Shown piece after piece: positions 58,719 through 64,000 of a stretch of 64,000 nucleotides of DNA. The stretch's first letter is position 1. Each line of letters opens with the position of its first letter. Under the pieces are notes generated by a model, which was not told the origin of the DNA, searched no databases, and saw only the letters and a list, made by a program, of their open reading frames with translations. The stretch lies in contig OZ244070.1 of the NCBI GenBank assembly GCA_965215605.1, forward strand, positions 3,616,001 to 3,680,000, given 5' to 3'. This stretch comes from an uncultured Candidatus Binatia bacterium. Its GTDB lineage: Bacteria; Desulfobacterota; Binatia; UBA9968; JAJDTQ01. Made by a program: the position numbers and the translations under genes.

Positions 58719-60773
58719 ATGCTCAAGGAACGCAAGGAAGGCCGGTTCCGCCTGGTGGCCGACTTCCAGCCCCAGGGGGACCAGCCCCGGGCCATCGGGG
58801 AGTTGCTGGAAGGGCTCGAGGAAGGGCGGCGGTACCAGGTGCTGCTGGGGGTCACCGGCTCCGGCAAGACCTTTACGATGGCCAACGTCATCAGCCGCAT
58901 CAACCGGCCCACGCTGGTGATGGCGCCCAACAAGACGCTGGCGGCACAGCTCTACAACGAATTCCGGCTGCTGCTGCCGGACAACGCGGTGCGCTACTTC
59001 ATCAGCTACTACGACTACTACCAGCCCGAAGCCTACGTGCCCTCCACCGACACCTACATCGCCAAGGACGCCTCCATCAACGACGAAATCGACAAGCTGC
59101 GGCACGCCGCCACCATGGCGTTGCTGGAGCGGCGGGACGTGGTCATCGTCGCCAGCGTCTCCTGCATCTACGGACTCGGCTCGCCGGAGGCCTATTTCGA
59201 CCTGATGGTCTATCTCGAGGAAGGGATGCGCATCGACCGGGACCGGATGCTGCGCAAGCTGGTGGACATCCAGTATGAACGGGTGGACTACGACTTCCAT
59301 CGCGGCACGTTCCGGGTCCGGGGGGATACCGTGGAGGTGTTTCCGGCGTACGAGGACAGGTCGGCGCTGCGCATCGAGTTCTTCGACGACGTGGTGGAGT
59401 CGCTGCTGGAGGTGGACCCGCTGCGCGGCAAGGCGCGCCGGCGGGTGGACAAGGCCACGATCTATCCGGCCAGCCACTACGTCACCACCGCCGAACGCAT
59501 GAAGGCGGCGGTGGCCGCGATCCGTGAGGAACTCGGGGAACGGCTGGCAGAGCTCAAGCGGGAGAACAAGCTGCTGGAGGCGCAACGCCTGCGGCAACGG
59601 ACGCTCTACGACCTGGAGCTGCTGGAGGAGATGGGCTACTGCCCGGGCCTGGAGAACTACTCCCGCCACCTCACCGGACGGCTTCCCGGCGAACCGCCGC
59701 CCACGCTGCTGAACTACTTTCCCGAGGATTTCGTGCTGTTCGTGGACGAAAGCCACGTCACCGTGCCGCAGATCGGCGGCATGTACCGGGGCGACCGGTC
59801 GCGGAAGGAGACCCTGGTGGATTTCGGCTTCCGGCTGCCCTCGGCGCTGGACAACCGGCCGTTGAATTTCGAGGAATTCGAAGCCGCCGTGAACCAGACG
59901 GTTTATGTTTCGGCGACTCCTGCCGACTATGAAATCATGAGGAGCGGCAACGTCCGGGTGGAGCAGTTGATCCGGCCCACTGGCCTGACGGACCCGGAGA
60001 TCCTGGTGCGGCCGGCGGCCACGCAGGTGGACGATCTCCTGGAGGAGATCCGCAGGCGCACGGCGGTCGACGCCCGGGTGCTGGTGACCACTCTCACCAA
60101 GCGCATGGCCGAGGACCTTACGGACTACTACCAGGACCTCAACGTCAGGATCCGCTATCTGCACTCGGATATCGACGCCATCGAGCGGGTTGAGATCATC
60201 CGGGATCTCCGCAAGGGGGCGTTCGACGTCCTGGTGGGCATCAATCTCCTGCGGGAAGGTCTGGACCTCCCGGAGGTTTCGCTGGTGGCCATCCTCGACG
60301 CGGACAAGGAGGGGTTCCTCCGTTCGGAGCGGTCGCTGATCCAGACCATCGGCCGCGCCGCGCGCAACCTGGAGGGCACGGTGATCCTCTACGCCGACGT
60401 CATGACCGATTCCATGAAACTGGCCATCGGTGAGACCGAACGCCGCCGGCGGGTCCAGGAGGCCTTCAACCAGGAGCACGGCATCGTCCCCCGAAGCGTG
60501 GTGAAGCAGCTCGACGAACCGTTGATACAGGCCTACGACGCGGACTACGTGGATGTCCCGCTGGTGGCCGATGACGGGCCCTCTCCCGGCGAGATTCCAC
60601 GGATGGTGGAGAAGCTCAGGAAGGAAATGAAGCAGGCCTCCGACCGGTTGGAATTCGAGAAGGCCGCCGAGATCAGGGACCGTATCCATGGGCTGCAGGA
60701 AAGGGAGCTGTCGGGCCCCTACCTCTCGCGCGCCCCGGCGACGGCCGGGTCTGAAACCGGTCCCGGTTCATGA
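58719..60773 (+). CDS. uvrB: Excinuclease ABC subunit B
   Basis: [43 protein letters not shown]. Confidence 0.98.
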   Translation: MLKERKEGRFRLVADFQPQGDQPRAIGELLEGLEEGRRYQVLLGVTGSGKTFTMANVISRINRPTLVMAPNKTLAAQLYNEFRLLLPDNAVRYFISYYDYYQPEAYVPSTDTYIAKDASINDEIDKLRHAATMALLERRDVVIVASVSCIYGLGSPEAYFDLMVYLEEGMRIDRDRMLRKLVDIQYERVDYDFHRGTFRVRGDTVEVFPAYEDRSALRIEFFDDVVESLLEVDPLRGKARRRVDKATIYPASHYVTTAERMKAAVAAIREELGERLAELKRENKLLEAQRLRQRTLYDLELLEEMGYCPGLENYSRHLTGRLPGEPPPTLLNYFPEDFVLFVDESHVTVPQIGGMYRGDRSRKETLVDFGFRLPSALDNRPLNFEEFEAAVNQTVYVSATPADYEIMRSGNVRVEQLIRPTGLTDPEILVRPAATQVDDLLEEIRRRTAVDARVLVTTLTKRMAEDLTDYYQDLNVRIRYLHSDIDAIERVEIIRDLRKGAFDVLVGINLLREGLDLPEVSLVAILDADKEGFLRSERSLIQTIGRAARNLEGTVILYADVMTDSMKLAIGETERRRRVQEAFNQEHGIVPRSVVKQLDEPLIQAYDADYVDVPLVADDGPSPGEIPRMVEKLRKEMKQASDRLEFEKAAEIRDRIHGLQERELSGPYLSRAPATAGSETGPGS

Positions 60774-62623
60774 AGATCGAGGAGCTCAAGGAAAAGCTCG
60801 ACACCCTGCCCGCCGGTCCCGGCGTCTACCTGATGCGGGATCCGGCCGGAAAGGTGATCTACGTGGGCAAGGCGAAGGAGCTGCGGGCCCGGGTCCGCTC
60901 CTATCTGCGGGGCGGCGACGGACGGCCGCAGGTCGCTTTTCTCATGCGCCAGGCGGAGGACATCGAGACCCTGGTGACGAGCAACGAAAAGGAAGCGCTG
61001 ATCCTCGAGAACAACCTGATCAAGCAGTACAAGCCCCGCTACAACATCCGCCTCAAGGACGACAAGAGCTATCTGAGCATCAAGGTCACCGCGGGCGCGT
61101 GGCCGCGCATTCTGGCCACCCGCAGCATCGTCAAGGACGGCAGCCGCTATTTCGGACCCTACGCCTCGGCCGTAGCCGTGCGCGAGACCCTGGAGGTCAT
61201 CGAGAAGCACTTCCTGCTGCGGACCTGCACGGACTACAACTTCCGCAACCGCGACCGGCCGTGCCTTCAATTCCAGATCAAGCGCTGTCCCGCGCCCTGT
61301 GTCCATCCCGTGGATCCGGAGGAGTATGCCGGAAACCTCCGGCAAGCGGTGCTCTTCATCGAAGGCAAGAGCGCCGACCTGTTGCGGCACCTGCGCGTCC
61401 GCATGCAGGAGCGCGCCGCCGCGCTGGAGTTCGAGCAGGCGGCCAAGATCCGGGACCGCATCCGGGCGGTGGAGAAGACCCTGGAGAAGCAGCGCATGGT
61501 GTCCCACTGGGGTGCGGACCAGGACATCTTCGGGCTGTACCGGGAGGGGGGGTTCATCGAGGCCCAGGTGATCTTCGTGCGGCAGGGCAAGCTCACCGGC
61601 AACCAGGCCTATTCCCTCGAAGACCACCAGTTCGATGACGAGGAGATCGTCGCCGCGCTGCTGACTCAGTTCTACCAGGGAAGTCGCTTCGTTCCCGACG
61701 AAATTCTGCTGCCGGTGGACATCGAGGACCAGGCGGTGCACGAGGAGTATCTGGAGGAGCGCAAGGGCAGGAAGGTGACGTTGCACCGGCCGCGCCGGGG
61801 CGAGAAACACAAGCTGCTGGAAATGGCGCTGGAAAACGCTCGCCAGAGTTTCAGCGAACGGCACGACCAGGAGCGGGAACGGGAGAGAATGCTGCGGGAG
61901 CTGCAACTGAAGCTCCGCCTGAGACGGTATCCCCAGCGGATCGAGTGTTACGACATCTCCATGATCCAGGGCAGCCACGCGGTGGGGTCCCGGGTCTCGT
62001 TCTTCGACGGACAGCCGGACAAGCAGAACTACCGGCGCTACCGTGTCCGCACGGTCTCGCCCGAGACCCGCGGCGACGATTTCGCCATGATGTACGAGGT
62101 GGTCAAGCGGCGGTTCCAGCGGGGCCTGCGCGAAACCGACCTGCCGGACCTGATGGTGGTGGACGGCGGCAAGGGGCAGTTGCAGGTGGCTCTTGCCGCC
62201 TTGTCCGATCTTGGCGTGAGGGACGTGGAGGTGGTGGCCATGGCCAAGATGCGGGTCACGGCCTCGCCGCGGCTGGCCGAGATCGAACGGTCGGAGGAGC
62301 GGCTCTTCCTGCCCCATCGCAGCAACCCGGTGGTGCTGAGGCGCAATTCCAACGCCCTGTTTCTGCTGCAACGCATTCGGGATGAAGCCCACCGGTTCGC
62401 CATCACCTATCACCGGACCGTCCGCGGCCGTGAAACCCTTCGTTCCGGATTGGACGGCATCCCCGGCGTGGGGCCCGCCCGCAGGCGGGCGCTGTTGCGG
62501 CGTTTCGGCAGCCTGAAAAGGCTCCGCGACGCCTCGATGGAGGAACTGCTGGAGGTGCCGTCCATGACCCGACCCTTGGCCGAACGCATTCGCGATTCCC
62601 TGGAGACCGCGGACCGGCCGTGA
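60770..62623 (+). CDS. uvrC: Excinuclease ABC subunit C
   Basis: GIY-YIG PGVYLM...[29 protein letters not shown], HhH. Confidence 0.97.
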   Translation: MKIEELKEKLDTLPAGPGVYLMRDPAGKVIYVGKAKELRARVRSYLRGGDGRPQVAFLMRQAEDIETLVTSNEKEALILENNLIKQYKPRYNIRLKDDKSYLSIKVTAGAWPRILATRSIVKDGSRYFGPYASAVAVRETLEVIEKHFLLRTCTDYNFRNRDRPCLQFQIKRCPAPCVHPVDPEEYAGNLRQAVLFIEGKSADLLRHLRVRMQERAAALEFEQAAKIRDRIRAVEKTLEKQRMVSHWGADQDIFGLYREGGFIEAQVIFVRQGKLTGNQAYSLEDHQFDDEEIVAALLTQFYQGSRFVPDEILLPVDIEDQAVHEEYLEERKGRKVTLHRPRRGEKHKLLEMALENARQSFSERHDQERERERMLRELQLKLRLRRYPQRIECYDISMIQGSHAVGSRVSFFDGQPDKQNYRRYRVRTVSPETRGDDFAMMYEVVKRRFQRGLRETDLPDLMVVDGGKGQLQVALAALSDLGVRDVEVVAMAKMRVTASPRLAEIERSEERLFLPHRSNPVVLRRNSNALFLLQRIRDEAHRFAITYHRTVRGRETLRSGLDGIPGVGPARRRALLRRFGSLKRLRDASMEELLEVPSMTRPLAERIRDSLETADRP

Positions 62624-64000
62624 AACCTCCGGGGCCCATGGCGCTCCTGGTCCTGCCGCTGCTGGCGCTCCTCGCCGGGCAGGCGGCGGCGGTTCCGGCC
62701 GCTCCCGGCGGACCGTCCTGGTGGAGCGGGGCGCTGTTGGCACCCGGTCTGGTCCTTTGCTTCATTCACCGCCGTTGGGGTTTGTTGGCGTTGGCGTGCG
62801 CGCTGGCGTTTCATTGGGGTCTGGCCGCCCATCACCGGCTGTTGCATCCCGGGTTTGCGCCGGGCCATGTCCGTCAACTCCCGGAGGGGCGGGAGCCGGT
62901 TCTCATCCGGGGACGGCTCTACCGTGAACCCGAGGGCAGGGGTGATTGGAGCCGCTGGTATCTCGCGGCGGAGCGGGCATGGACGCCGGAGGGGCCGCGG
63001 GCGGTCTCGGGGAACGTATTGGTCACGGTCCGGAACGCGTACCGCCACTGGCGCTACGGCGACGTCGTCCGGGTTCCTCTGCGCCTGCGGCCGCCCCGGA
63101 ACCGGGACGGCCGTTTCGATTACCGGGCGTTCCTGGCCCGGCGGGCGATCTATCGGGTGGCCTTCCTGCAAAACGACTGGGAGGCGGTGAGGGTGGAACG
63201 CGGCGGCGGGGTCCGCGGCTGGATCGAGACGGCGCGGCGGTGGATACGGCGGTTCGTGGAACGTCACTTCGAGCCGGACAGCGGCGGTCTGGTCAAGGCC
63301 TTGGTACTTGGGGACCGGGGCGGCCTTTCCCGGGAGACGCGGGAACGTTTCGCCGCCGTCGGCATGTCCCATGTGCTGTCCATCTCGGGCCTCCACGTGG
63401 GCATGCTCGGCTATGTGGCCTTCCTCGTGTTCCGCGGGCTCGCGTCGCGGAGCACCCGGCTGCTGTTGTCCGCTCCGGTCTACAAGCTGGCGGCCGCCGG
63501 CTCGTTGGTGCCGGTGATCCTGTACGCCGCCGTGGCGGGGGCGCGTATTCCCACGGTGCGAGCCGCCATCATGATCGGGCTGTACCATCTGGCCGTGTTG
63601 AGCGGGCGCCACGCCAACGTCTTTGGCGGCCTGGCGGTGGCCGCCCTCATTGCTGCCCTGTGGTGGCCAGGGGCGGTCATGGAGGTGTCGTTTCAGCTTT
63701 CCTTCCTGGCGGTGCTATCCATTGTCGGCGCCCTCCGGCTCTTCCGGCAGACGCGACTCCTGCGGCCTCCGGATGGTCCGGAGCGCGGTTGGTGGCAACG
63801 GCTGCGGCCGGTCGTCCTGCTGCCGACCCTGGTGCCCTTCTTCGCCGCCGTGGGTACCGGTCCGGTGGTGGCGCACCATTTCGGCTACCTGTCTCTCGCG
63901 GGCTTCATCGCCAATCCCCTGCTGGTGCCACTGGTGGGGTTCCTCATTGTGCCCGCGGGCCTGTTCATGGGCTTCCTGTGTCTGCTCTTCCCCGCGGCGG
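62620..64000 (+). CDS. comEC: Competence protein ComEC/Rec2 (3'-truncated by window edge; absent from the ORF track)
   Basis: GTG overlapping the uvrC stop (ATG 62638 alternative); PRNRDGRFDY, ALVLGDR, GMSHVLSISGLHVG, PTVRAAIM, SFQLSFLA. Confidence 0.92.
   Translation, partial: MKPPGPMALLVLPLLALLAGQAAAVPAAPGGPSWWSGALLAPGLVLCFIHRRWGLLALACALAFHWGLAAHHRLLHPGFAPGHVRQLPEGREPVLIRGRLYREPEGRGDWSRWYLAAERAWTPEGPRAVSGNVLVTVRNAYRHWRYGDVVRVPLRLRPPRNRDGRFDYRAFLARRAIYRVAFLQNDWEAVRVERGGGVRGWIETARRWIRRFVERHFEPDSGGLVKALVLGDRGGLSRETRERFAAVGMSHVLSISGLHVGMLGYVAFLVFRGLASRSTRLLLSAPVYKLAAAGSLVPVILYAAVAGARIPTVRAAIMIGLYHLAVLSGRHANVFGGLAVAALIAALWWPGAVMEVSFQLSFLAVLSIVGALRLFRQTRLLRPPDGPERGWWQRLRPVVLLPTLVPFFAAVGTGPVVAHHFGYLSLAGFIANPLLVPLVGFLIVPAGLFMGFLCLLFPAA

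Noticed and set aside
57324-60689. Long antisense ORFs (1121 aa; also 41645..44938, 27558..30317, 53792..55942, 20853..22958)
   Set aside because: Shadows of real genes caused by high-GC codon bias; only the lhgO part (57324-58565) is genuine.

Overview
High-GC bacterial chromosome segment, mostly housekeeping genes. The gene order resembles Deltaproteobacteria-like lineages (inference; possibly Ca. Binatia): mutS-amidase-glnD-xerD, S2P-trpS-scpAB-rluB, tRNA-Ser/ffs-dnaX-ybaB-recR, efp, coaE, rimI, carD-ispD, cysK, degQ-PBP1-tsaD-rsmA-mutM, lhgO, uvrB-uvrC-comEC, plus tRNA-Cys and tRNA-Glu. Main highlights: (1) a candidate selenium module at 9.8-16.0 kb, with a peroxiredoxin missed by the ORF track whose catalytic codon is an in-frame UGA followed by a SECIS-like hairpin, a ygfZ-like gene, a LysR regulator, a LysR-type operator over the downstream -35, and a PhnD-like ABC transporter resembling the putative selenate clade; (2) a YfhL-type ferredoxin fused through a Pro/Ala linker and membrane helices to an HSP20-like domain; (3) a cyclic amidohydrolase/xanthine-oxidase-family operon ending in a CobW GTPase with an extra Cys-rich domain; (4) a 163-bp MITE with perfect 28-bp inverted repeats inserted in the cysK stop codon; (5) a decayed islet with integrase and HigA remnants, an ankyrin ORF and a secreted protein with a poly-C promoter tract. 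No rRNA or CRISPR array was seen. All calls come from reading motifs by eye; no database searches were run.
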